Origin: a virus
IMG/VR virus record: IMGVR_UViG_3300035698_026482
Location: 32,001-96,000 of that record
Reading direction: 5' to 3' (one strand)
Length of the DNA: 64,000 nt
Shown here: piece after piece, positions 20,703-29,499 of the stretch
Position numbering within the stretch: the stretch's first letter is position 1
Layout: each line of letters begins with the position of its first letter
Notes under the pieces: generated by a model
Databases searched by the model: none
What the model saw: only the letters and a program-made list of their open reading frames with translations
Told to the model about the DNA's origin: nothing
Translations under genes and position numbers: made by a program

Positions 20703-20874
20703 TTGATACCCTTCGCGATGAGAAAACGTAGCAGTAATTGTTGTGTGCATAATGTGATGCGGATCTAGCGGATCTCGTGTATGTTATATGGGTGGTATAT
20801 ACGTTGCACACGTCAGCGAACTGTGGAGGGCTATACCGATACACACACGCTTTATCGCCAGTTCTGGAATTCAT
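20680..20874 (-). CDS. FSSR[KR]-tail small protein 4
   Basis: Ends YVFSSRRVSNAGTRRT*. Confidence 0.65.
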   Translation of the reverse strand: MNSRTGDKACVYRYSPPQFADVCNVYTTHITYTRSARSASHYAHNNYCYVFSSRRVSNAGTRRT

Positions 20875-21086
20875 GTTGTGCTAATCTTTCGTGACGAGAA
20901 AGTTTCAATGTGAAAACCCGAAGGCGTCCAGGCACTTAATTGTGGATTGCGTAAGGTCATCGAGTCCTTTGTTAACGGATAATATGAATACCTTGTCCTG
21001 CCGGGTCTTGATGGACATCGCCAGTAGACGATTATTCCATACGTCGGGGTAACCCTGAACACGTGATCAAGTGACGTTGACAGCAT
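20871..21086 (-). CDS. FSSR[KR]-tail small protein 3
   Basis: Ends ETFSSRKISTT*. Confidence 0.7.
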   Translation of the reverse strand: MLSTSLDHVFRVTPTYGIIVYWRCPSRPGRTRYSYYPLTKDSMTLRNPQLSAWTPSGFHIETFSSRKISTT

Positions 21087-21088
21087 TG

Positions 21089-21277
21089 TTATCTATTCGC
21101 TTTCCGTGATGAGAAAATATATTCGTCCGTGTACGAACGTTGAACGCTGCGGGACGTAGCATATGCGATATAAGCACCACCGTTCAGCGTGGTAGCAATT
21201 GAACGATCAAGTACACGGAAATTTGAATCTTCGCGTGACCAGGCTATAAAATAGTGATCGTCGAAAACTATAGGCAT
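21089..21277 (-). CDS. FSSR[KR]-tail small protein 2
   Basis: MPIVFDDHYFIAW...; ends YIFSSRKANR*. Confidence 0.7.
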   Translation of the reverse strand: MPIVFDDHYFIAWSREDSNFRVLDRSIATTLNGGAYIAYATSRSVQRSYTDEYIFSSRKANR

Positions 21278-22869
21278 GCATTCCCTTGTAATTCGAATCG
21301 TGCATTAGGACAGCCATAAATTTTAACAAGACCTCGAGCTGCGGCAACAGCCGCTTGCGACAATCCTTGTGTCTTATCTGCAGTAACGTATAATCGCGGA
21401 TATCTGTTTACAAAATCTGTCCACCAAAATCTAGAGCTTGTTAGACCGGTGTAGGTAAATCCAATATTACTATACCCGACACCTAAGCCTATTCGACGAT
21501 CTGCATAAGTCATAATAGATTTTGTATTATCGATATCGTTTCTTGCGTGCTTTAAAAGCTTTGACAATCCGCCGATAACGTATAGATTAAGTGACGTAGC
21601 ATATCGCGCTATTTCCAAGAAATTCTTTTTGTGCGTCTTTGAAATCGGTGTTCGTAACGAAAGCGCAGCAACAATTTCATTGTCATGAATTAAGGCATAT
21701 GCAGCCTTCGCGTTTCCAGTATCACCATCTAAGTGCGTCGAATTAAAAAATGTCTGGCGTTGGGCGCGCGTAAGTTTCTCGATTCGACATTTTCGTGCAT
21801 AAATTTTTGTGCAATCAACCTTTAGACGATTTCTGATCATCGATTTAACAATCTGTTGTTTGTCACGCCACTCGTCTTCAAAGATATGAAACAGGGGTAA
21901 GTCAATTGCTTCACACAACTGCGTTTTATCCCAATGCGCATCATTATTCGTTAATATTTCTTCAGAATGCCAATATAACCCATTAAATTCAATTGCTAAC
22001 GTATTCGGCACAAGTATATCGATTTCTTTAGGTGCTATTGTATTTCTATCGTTTAATATAGCGTCAGGCCTGAGGGCTTTTACGAAGTCATATACTTCCC
22101 TCTCTGATTTCCACTTTGGCATGCATGAAGGGCAATACTGGCGCCGAAGCATGTATTTGTATGTCCGCTCAAATGTTGTATCACATGTCGTGCATTTAAA
22201 TGTCGCTCGTGAATTCACGCCTGCGTATTCGTCAATTGACGAATATAATTCGAATCCTTTCATTTCAGCACATCGTTCAGCAACGACGTTTTTATCAAGC
22301 ATTTGCGACGCGCTTATTTTCGCTGCGCCAATGATCAGTCCGGGTGTATCGTCTTTTGTCTTATTACGATTCCACGGGACAGTTGTTCCATCAGCAAAAT
22401 TAGCCAGTTTTGTTTCTGACATTTGCTTTATTGATGCGCTCGTATCTTTTGTTAGTCCATTTTGCCATGGAACTAGTCTGCCTTCTGCGTATCCGCGCTG
22501 CAATGTCTCTGCAGTTTTCTTTGCGATGGCCCTAACTCTGCTATCTTGCTTTGTTAAACCCTTATTCCACGAGCCATGTATTTTACGATGCTTTGCCGAT
22601 GCTAGCGTCGCTGCTTTTCGAGCCTTGTCGCTGAATCCATTATGACCAACAACAAACTTTGAAAATGCACGATTATCATCTGTCCAGCGTTGTGCCAATG
22701 ATACAGTTTCGCCGCAGCCGCATGAACATGTGGGAACCTCACCATTATGCAACATATCTGCGAAAATTTTCGACCTAGATACATCGCGATGCGCTTTCGT
22801 GATATGACAGGCCATACCGCGCCGCGTTTTTACGATTGCGCAAATAGGGCACTTGTAATCGACTGGCAT
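21268..22869 (-). mobile_element. free-standing Hef-like homing endonuclease gene (Zn finger, W-x-K-G-L-T-K repeats, PD-(D/E)xK-type nuclease, GNAT/Mom-like C-terminus)
   Basis: CPIC..H..H; SWNKGLTK/PWQNGLTK/PWNRNKTK; EIDILVP..AIEFNGLYWH; HIFEDEW; TYADRRIGLGVGY..IGF. Confidence 0.7.
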
Positions 22870-22917
22870 CTTACATATTATACATATGTTAGATCAATAT
22901 GTTTGGTCCAGCCTGCA

Positions 22918-23151
22918 CTATTGTTTAGCAATGCCGAGACGACGGGATGAGAAAACATCGTATTCCCAATATCCCAGTATGCCTCCCGATGTTGAATATT
23001 CATGCGCGGTTGGCCACGTATCAATGAAATGGTCAAGTGGGAGGGCCCAGTGGTTATAATTCGTTAATATTAACATCCTGGATTGTGCCCAATCAGATAA
23101 AGTCACGTCGTCGAGGGCACCAATATGCGTTGCATTCTGCTTTAGTATCAT
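22918..23151 (-). CDS. FSSR[KR]-tail small protein 1
   Basis: Probable ATG 23151 (the track GTG start at 23232 lies upstream of a terminator); ends DVFSSRRLGIAKQ*. Confidence 0.65.
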   Translation of the reverse strand: MILKQNATHIGALDDVTLSDWAQSRMLILTNYNHWALPLDHFIDTWPTAHEYSTSGGILGYWEYDVFSSRRLGIAKQ

Positions 23152-23165
23152 AAGCGTTGGCGGGA

Positions 23166-23205
23166 CAAAAGAAATCCCCTTACACTGTATTACAGCGAAG
23201 GGGAT
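23166..23205 (-). terminator. rho-independent terminator after tail tube gene
   Basis: Minus strand ATCCCCTT...AAGGGGAT stem (inner CTGT/ACAG) followed by TTCTTTT. Confidence 0.65.
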
Positions 23206-23225
23206 AATGTTCAGTCTTGATACTG

Positions 23226-23245
23226 CAGCCACTTATAAGTGGCTG
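23226..23245. repeat. perfect 20-bp palindrome
   Basis: CAGCCACTTA|TAAGTGGCTG. Confidence 0.9.
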
Positions 23246-23254
23246 TTATTGTTA

Positions 23255-23743
23255 TTAGTACTGCTGGATGGCGTTGTCAAAGCGTAGGGTCAAGGCGATT
23301 TCACAGGCGTCTGGGGCGCTGTAGTCAAGGTCATTGAAGTTTGCGTCCGTGATGAACACACCTTTCAGATCCCATAGCTGCACAACAGTACCGATAGGGT
23401 CAAGCATCTTAATCTGGCAATCACGCTTGTAAAAATCGGCGTAGCCAGCGCGCCCCGAAACAGACTCATGGTGAACGCGAATCCACTCCATGACCTGTTG
23501 CGCGCCAGACGGTGCGATCGGATCATAAAGAGTAACCGACATTGGTTGAAACTCGTTCTTACCTGCAAGGTAACGAATGCTATTAAGCCAATCTATTTTC
23601 ACTTCGCCTTGAGCCATTTGCGGGCGCGCAGCTGTCTTCATAAGATATGCGTCAATACCTTCAATGTTAAAAAGCCATCGATGTTTGCGCAGTGGCTCAA
23701 ACCGATTGGGGATCATCGTTGCGACATCTAATGTTTCTGCCAT
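23255..23743 (-). CDS. gp19: tail tube protein (T4 gp19-like)
   Basis: Start MAETLDVATMIPNRFEPLRKHRW (track ORF extends to 23923); LYDPIAPSGAQQVMEW, WDLKGVFIT, LTLRFD. Confidence 0.85.
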   Translation of the reverse strand: MAETLDVATMIPNRFEPLRKHRWLFNIEGIDAYLMKTAARPQMAQGEVKIDWLNSIRYLAGKNEFQPMSVTLYDPIAPSGAQQVMEWIRVHHESVSGRAGYADFYKRDCQIKMLDPIGTVVQLWDLKGVFITDANFNDLDYSAPDACEIALTLRFDNAIQQY

Positions 23744-23751
23744 GATGCATA

Positions 23752-23758
23752 TAACTAT
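23752..23758 (-). promoter_or_regulatory. putative late promoter motif ATAGTTA
   Basis: 8 nt before the tube ATG; same motif family before most late genes. Confidence 0.5.
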
Positions 23759-23816
23759 TAAATCACCGCAACTCTCAAAGTACAATTTGTTGCATAAGCT
23801 ATATATTATAGTTAGT

Positions 23817-25442
23817 ATGCGCTCAAGTGGCACGAAAAATAATATAGCTGTTTGCCCGTTCTGCGAGTACTCATCAGGTCTATTATCGAAGTTCGAACAA
23901 CATTTATCTCGTGAACATGACACGTCATCAAAGGAATGTTGGGATCAACAAAACGGCGGGCCGGTCAAATGTGGATGTGGGTGTGACAAAGAAACAAAAT
24001 GGTTAAACTGGCACAAGGGATATTCAGAATCTTTTAAGGGTCACTGGAAGCGTGGCAAAACAAAAGAAAGTGATGCGCGTGTTGCTAGCGCCGCTGCGGG
24101 TATCAAAAAAGGCTTTGATGAAGGTAGGATTCCGTGGTCAAAGGGACTAACCAAGAAAACAGATGATCGTATTGCGAAAATGGCAAAGGCGACCAGCGAT
24201 GGTCTTAAGCGTGCATACGCAACAAAACGTCTAAAATCATGGTCAAAGGGTAAGTCTAGGGGCACACACCCCAGTCTGCAAAAAACCTCTACGACCCTAA
24301 GAAAAACATATGCAAATGGAGATCGTGTGCCTTGGGCAAAGGGTCTAACAAAAGATACAGACGATAGGATCGCAGCTCTCGCATCAAGAAACAGGCTTGA
24401 CATTGATAATATTAAGCAACGCATTGAGACGCCAGGTCTATATCAGCTATTAACAAAGCTTGATGATTATGAATCAACGTCAGACATTGTAGACATAATT
24501 TGTACAACGTGTAATTCGGTCGCGTCGAATAAAATTGGTGTGTTCATTCATGGAAATTCGCAACCAAATTGTCAAACGTGTGCACCAACAGGATCATCTA
24601 TTCCTGAACGTGAGCTAGCTGACTTTATCGAATTCGAATTGGGCGTGTCAATTTCTAGAAATGATCAGACCGTTATTAATCCCTACGAACTAGATGTGTA
24701 TGTGTCACAAAGTAACTTCGCCATTGAGTTCAACGGACTATATTGGCATAATTCAGCAAATAAACCAAGCAAAACGACGCATTCGCATAAGACAAAGCTT
24801 TGTAATCTTAGGGGAATAAAGCTGTTACACGTATTCGGTGATGAGTGGCGAGATCGTACAGAAATTGTTAAGTCTATTATTCGTGCAAAATTAGGTGCAG
24901 GCATGTCGCGCATCGACGCAAGAAAGTGTGTAATTCGCGATGTTATGTTACCCGAGCGTAGGGTGTTCTTTAACGATAATCATATTGACGGCGATACCAA
25001 TGCATCATTTGCGCTTGGTCTTTATCACGGTGATGTACTTGTACAATGTATTTCTATTCGCCGACCCATGCAACAAAAATATAGAACAGCGAAGCTACTT
25101 GAAAACGCCCGCAGTTGCTCTATACTGAACACATATGTTCGAGGGGGATTAAGCCGTTTAAGCAAAGTCGCATTGACTCGCGCCAAGGGTATGGGATACA
25201 GCGGACTTATGACCTATACCGACGAACGTCTAGGTAATGATATGGCGTATCAAAGTTCAGGATGGCAGTATACCGATAGAACTAACGATGTACGTTTCTG
25301 GTGGACAGACAATACACGTAGATATCAACGTATGCAATTTAAGGCTGATAAAAAAAGAGGCCTCTCTGAACGTCAAGTTGCAGAAGAGGCCGGTGTTGTG
25401 AAGATCTACGGTTGTTATAACAAGATCTATGTGATTAGATAA
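23817..25442 (+). mobile_element. free-standing Hef-like homing endonuclease gene, inverted orientation
   Basis: Probable start MRSSGTK; CPFC..H, four W-x-K-G-(L/K)-(T/S) repeats, ELDVYV..AIEFNGLYWH, HVFGDEW, TYTDERLG; the only long plus-strand gene. Confidence 0.75.
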
Positions 25443-25446
25443 CGTT

Positions 25447-25710
25447 TTATCCGATTAGCCATTGTCTTCCGTCCCAATGCAACGAAGGGTATCTTGGGTG
25501 GCGACCTTCGTAGCCAGTCTGTGTGATTATCCAATCATAAACATCGGGCTCTTCAGAGTCCCATCCCCGCATGTTAATCAGCTCGTTCCAAGCGCGTTTA
25601 TCGTGCTGAAGAATGTCGTAGTCATCTTCACGAGCGGTCGGCGGATCGTGAATCTCCTTAAGAAGCTCTTCGCGAATAATACGTCGTATTACTGATTTTT
25701 TGGTTCGCAT
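25447..25710 (-). CDS. IIREE-leader acidic protein (putative head-internal)
   Basis: MRTKKSVIRRIIREELLKE. Confidence 0.7.
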   Translation of the reverse strand: MRTKKSVIRRIIREELLKEIHDPPTAREDDYDILQHDKRAWNELINMRGWDSEEPDVYDWIITQTGYEGRHPRYPSLHWDGRQWLIG

Positions 25711-25714
25711 TTTC

Positions 25715-25924
25715 TTACTTCTCAGTTACAAGGCCACTTCTAACGCGAAGCAATGGATTACCCTTGACCCACCATTGAACAGCCTTAACATGATCTTCGC
25801 CTGGCTCGTCGCCCAACGCTGAAGTCAGCTTAGAAGCAACATCGTCAATTGAGTTACCGACCACACCAATCTTGCGACCATTGGCTTGTGTATCAAGCAA
25901 TTTATTTGCCGCTGCCGACGGCAC
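25715..25924 (-). CDS. hypothetical protein
   Basis: 69-aa ORF, GTG start with GAGAG upstream. Confidence 0.5.
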   Translation of the reverse strand: MPSAAANKLLDTQANGRKIGVVGNSIDDVASKLTSALGDEPGEDHVKAVQWWVKGNPLLRVRSGLVTEK

Positions 25925-26276
25925 GTGAACCCATCTCTCTGATCAACTCTTCACGAACAATACTTCTAATGCGCGATTTTTTTAATTGTGTCTTTTTAGG
26001 GGTACGTTTACCGAGGCGTCGCCTACGTGATTCATTGAGATCATCAGCGTCTTCATCCTCATCTGCCTCATCACCTTCTTCAAATTCTTCGTACATTTCA
26101 TCAATTGCACGCTGCCTTTGTTCATCGGCACGATTATTGTGACGAGTGAGATCGCCTGCGACAATATCTTGGACTTCCTCGAGGTTGAACTCGATACCCA
26201 TAATTTCGTCACGGGATTCCTGCAAAAGCTTTCGAATAACCTTTCGAAACGGGACTGTAATTTCTTTTTTCTTCAT
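25902..26276 (-). CDS. IIREE-motif acidic protein
   Basis: FRKVIRKLLQE near the N-terminus and KSRIRSIVREELIRE near the C-terminus. Confidence 0.7.
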   Translation of the reverse strand: MKKKEITVPFRKVIRKLLQESRDEIMGIEFNLEEVQDIVAGDLTRHNNRADEQRQRAIDEMYEEFEEGDEADEDEDADDLNESRRRRLGKRTPKKTQLKKSRIRSIVREELIREMGSRAVGSGK

Positions 26277-26566
26277 GATAACGCTTCCATTATAGCGGTG
26301 GTCAGGGTTTCAGCTTGACGTTCTAGCCCCTTGTTAATTACATTAACCATTCTTGTTTGGGCTTCGGGCTCACGTTTGGCCCCATTATATGCATTGACAC
26401 AACGATGTGCAATATCAGCAACAAGCGCGTCAACGTCTAACGATCCCCATATCGCATTCGATATTGTTTGGACGTCGTCAGTCGAGAGTGTTTTGTTATA
26501 CACCTCTTTAAGTTCTTGCCGAATTGTGGCACGTAGTCGTTGCTCATCGATCATGCAAATTCCCAC
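26273..26566 (-). CDS. IIREE-leader protein
   Basis: MIDEQRLRATIRQELKE. Confidence 0.7.
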   Translation of the reverse strand: MGICMIDEQRLRATIRQELKEVYNKTLSTDDVQTISNAIWGSLDVDALVADIAHRCVNAYNGAKREPEAQTRMVNVINKGLERQAETLTTAIMEALS

Positions 26567-27984
26567 TCGCCGTCGACAGACATTTCACCCACTTGAGGCC
26601 TGATCTTTAGACCAACATTTCCGTAGTTTTTTGCGGCCTTTACAATATCTTTAAATGCGTACGGGATTGCCTTAATATCTACTTCATCAAAAGGCTGCCC
26701 GTCAGGACGTCTAATGTTAACAGGCACCTGGACATACAGGTCATATTCAGTTCCTTCCATCCATTGATCAGGGGTGATCCATGGGCGGTTAGAAAGATCC
26801 TCCCCATGAGGTGCATCCTCAGGCTGCCAGCGATCGCGGCGCGATCGACCTGCCCAGATGTTGTCCATCATATACTCGCCCGTTTCGGGATCTTTGTCTG
26901 CAATCAATTCTAAAAGATCGACCTCATCATGGCGATAACCTTCGTGCACACGCTCCCACATATTTCCATCAGGTGACCACACGTCAGGTTCCGCATATTC
27001 GTCATAGTCATCCTCGAATCGAGGGTCGACATACAGATCTTCGTTATTTTCAATGGCTGCAATTGCATCGCCAACAGACATGCCTGCGTGAACCATTTCA
27101 ATTTCATCATCATCCGCATCTAGAATATAGATGTCGTTTTGAAGTTCGTCTGTTTCATTGTAGCCGCCAAGAAAGTTAATGGCATCATCATAAGACATTT
27201 CGTCTGGGTTATTAATGATGCCCTCGTGAACACGACCTTCTGTACGTCGATTGAATTTTAATTCACGTGGACGACCTCGTTGACCCATACTTGAGCCTCT
27301 AGGTAATTTTTCTGCTGGGTGAACTTCTGTGTCCCTAGGCAAACCCTTACTTCGTTTGTAATCCTGAAACTCGTATGTTTCTATATCTGCAAGGTGTTTT
27401 TCATCAGGATCTTCACGCTCAAATGCTGCGTCTTGGCTTGCGTATAGCTCATCCAGCGCTGCTTCAATTTCTTCGATTGGCGCGTCCTTATAATCATGCC
27501 AAATCCATGTAGGCTTAACGCCTTCCAATTCTTTGTATGTGTCAGAATAGATGCTAAGCAATTCGCTTCTGCGTTCATCATCTGATGGCACCTCTGTCGC
27601 GGGCGACATTTGCATTTCTTCAAGACCAGTTGTCTTGTTTGTCAATTTATCCGGCGTTTGATTGATTTCAACGTGACCTGATTCATTTAACGTCTGTTGT
27701 TGAAAATCCTTTGTCTCGTCGAGATATTCACCATCGACTAATTCTTGATGAACAACGCCTCTAATATTAGCGTCAGTTGAATCAAGCGACGCAGTATCCT
27801 GTCCACGACCAACGCTAAGCGTATCTGCAACAACGTTCAAAACAAAATCTATAACGGCAGCAGAATCGTCGCCCTGCGTTGCTTGTGGCATTACATCCCA
27901 CATCGCAAGCTCGTTTTGCTCCAGCCATTTAAGATATTTCTTTACAGCCCCGCGGACTGCACCTGCATCAACTTCTGTCTTCAA
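26551..27984 (-). CDS. large, very acidic protein with repeated xxE sites
   Basis: 477 aa, D/E-rich; YLDE, TLNE, RVHE (twice). Confidence 0.75.
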   Translation of the reverse strand: MKTEVDAGAVRGAVKKYLKWLEQNELAMWDVMPQATQGDDSAAVIDFVLNVVADTLSVGRGQDTASLDSTDANIRGVVHQELVDGEYLDETKDFQQQTLNESGHVEINQTPDKLTNKTTGLEEMQMSPATEVPSDDERRSELLSIYSDTYKELEGVKPTWIWHDYKDAPIEEIEAALDELYASQDAAFEREDPDEKHLADIETYEFQDYKRSKGLPRDTEVHPAEKLPRGSSMGQRGRPRELKFNRRTEGRVHEGIINNPDEMSYDDAINFLGGYNETDELQNDIYILDADDDEIEMVHAGMSVGDAIAAIENNEDLYVDPRFEDDYDEYAEPDVWSPDGNMWERVHEGYRHDEVDLLELIADKDPETGEYMMDNIWAGRSRRDRWQPEDAPHGEDLSNRPWITPDQWMEGTEYDLYVQVPVNIRRPDGQPFDEVDIKAIPYAFKDIVKAAKNYGNVGLKIRPQVGEMSVDGEWEFA

Positions 27985-28697
27985 TTGATATGATCCCTTG
28001 CATATTCCACTTGTTTCATTAGATCACGAACTTTTTTAATCAGATCTTCAAGCATTTTATGCGATTGCTTAAAATTTACGTCCTGAGCTTCGAATTGCGC
28101 TGATCCCAGCTTAGTCTCAGCCTTGCCTAGTGATACCCAAACATTATCAAGCTGACCACGAATGGCATTATACTTGCTAATTCGCTGTTGTTTGAATTCT
28201 GCGTTGTCTTCGTCAAGCTCTTTTATCGTGCTTTCTTCGTCAGGCAAATCGTCATAACGAGTGTCCATACGCCCGGGTGTCTTAGACATTGCGTTACGTG
28301 ACGCAGCATACCCGCCTGACATCGTTTCTGTGACAGTGTTATTAGCGCGAAACTTTTTTAGGCTTGCCGCTGCTTCTTCGATAGGCTCGTCAACTTCGAA
28401 TTGTGCCTCGTAATCGCGATCATAATCTTCATCCTCTTTATCAAAGTCTGTAAGCATGTCGACATCGGGCTTTTCGCCTATAGGCAATTCATGAAATTCA
28501 TATGTTGCATCGCCATATGACAGCTCAGTATCATCAGCGTAACGATCTGCTTCATCTTCTGAATCAAACGGGCCAATGCCTTCTGCCGTGCCGTTATCAC
28601 TGATAAGAATTATCCACCATTGCATTCCTGCAATGCCTTCATGAAGCATGATTTCTTCACGAATTATTTGTTGAAGGCTTTTATTTGTAGCGTTCAT
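27981..28697 (-). CDS. IIREE-leader acidic protein
   Basis: MNATNKSLQQIIREEIMLHE. Confidence 0.75.
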   Translation of the reverse strand: MNATNKSLQQIIREEIMLHEGIAGMQWWIILISDNGTAEGIGPFDSEDEADRYADDTELSYGDATYEFHELPIGEKPDVDMLTDFDKEDEDYDRDYEAQFEVDEPIEEAAASLKKFRANNTVTETMSGGYAASRNAMSKTPGRMDTRYDDLPDEESTIKELDEDNAEFKQQRISKYNAIRGQLDNVWVSLGKAETKLGSAQFEAQDVNFKQSHKMLEDLIKKVRDLMKQVEYARDHIN

Positions 28698-29143
28698 TTA
28701 AAGCTTCCTGCCTCTTTCCTCATGCCCATTCGATATAGGTTGGAACGAATTGCTTTTGTTTGCTTATCAGAAAGTGTTTTGCCGCGCATAACTTGATCAC
28801 GTACACTTTGAATAAAATCGTTTTCTTTTTCGGCCAATGCAAGATTTAAAATCTGTAATTGTGCTTGGTTAATGCTTGAAGCTGACTTAAGTCCACGTTC
28901 ACGATCATACTGTCCAGGCTTATCACGATATTGTCCACCGCCGCCGGATCGGGCCATATACGGTTTTGCACGTGAATATGTCAATGCTGCATCTTCAGGT
29001 GCATTACCTGTTGCGCGCCCAATATTACCTTCATCGTCCTTATACATCATTTGGCCTTTGCCATCACGATAAAAGTATACTTCCGATTCAGACAAAAGTT
29101 CTTCACGAATCATCTTGCGTAATTGTGATTCAGTGAGTCGCAT
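28694..29143 (-). CDS. IIREE-leader protein
   Basis: MRLTESQLRKMIREELLSE. Confidence 0.75.
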   Translation of the reverse strand: MRLTESQLRKMIREELLSESEVYFYRDGKGQMMYKDDEGNIGRATGNAPEDAALTYSRAKPYMARSGGGGQYRDKPGQYDRERGLKSASSINQAQLQILNLALAEKENDFIQSVRDQVMRGKTLSDKQTKAIRSNLYRMGMRKEAGSFK

Positions 29144-29149
29144 TACAGT

Positions 29150-29488
29150 CTATCCGTAAAAGCCTTCGCCGTGGCCTTGGGGCATATCATCGCCGTCATC
29201 GGCGCCCCTACTATCAGCTAGATCAAGGTAAAACTCTTCAGCACCAGACATAATACCTCTCATCGAATCAGCGTCGCCAGACATTTCGTCGGCCATATAA
29301 TCGACGTACCATTTAATCATAAAATCAGGCCCATCAGATTGATATGCATCACTGGGCATTTCACCTGAGTCATATAGTTGCTGCAAGTTTTCCATATGCC
29401 AATTTTCATCTGGTGTACTTGCGCTACCGATTTCGCGAAGAAGCTCTTCCCGAATGATTTTACGAATTAATGTTTCTGTGAGTTTCAT
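29150..29488 (-). CDS. IIREE-leader acidic protein
   Basis: MKLTETLIRKIIREELLRE. Confidence 0.75.
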   Translation of the reverse strand: MKLTETLIRKIIREELLREIGSASTPDENWHMENLQQLYDSGEMPSDAYQSDGPDFMIKWYVDYMADEMSGDADSMRGIMSGAEEFYLDLADSRGADDGDDMPQGHGEGFYG

Positions 29489-29499
29489 AATAATCCCTT

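Noticed and set aside
18892-21277. Small ORFs as fragments of one long gene under stop-codon recoding or frameshifting
   Set aside because: Consecutive ORFs change frame irregularly, use all three stop codons and have their own coupled ATGs; the large genes read cleanly in the standard code
18892-23151. FSSR motif as a DNA repeat, CRISPR-like array or shufflon recombination site
   Set aside because: The nucleotides vary at synonymous positions and switch between TCN and AGY serine codons; there is no fixed 20-40 nt repeat and no recombinase nearby
25715-26276. +1 frameshift at AAA TAA joining ORF 25902-26276 to ORF 25715-25924
   Set aside because: The downstream ORF has its own GTG with GAGAG upstream, and the slippery context is weak
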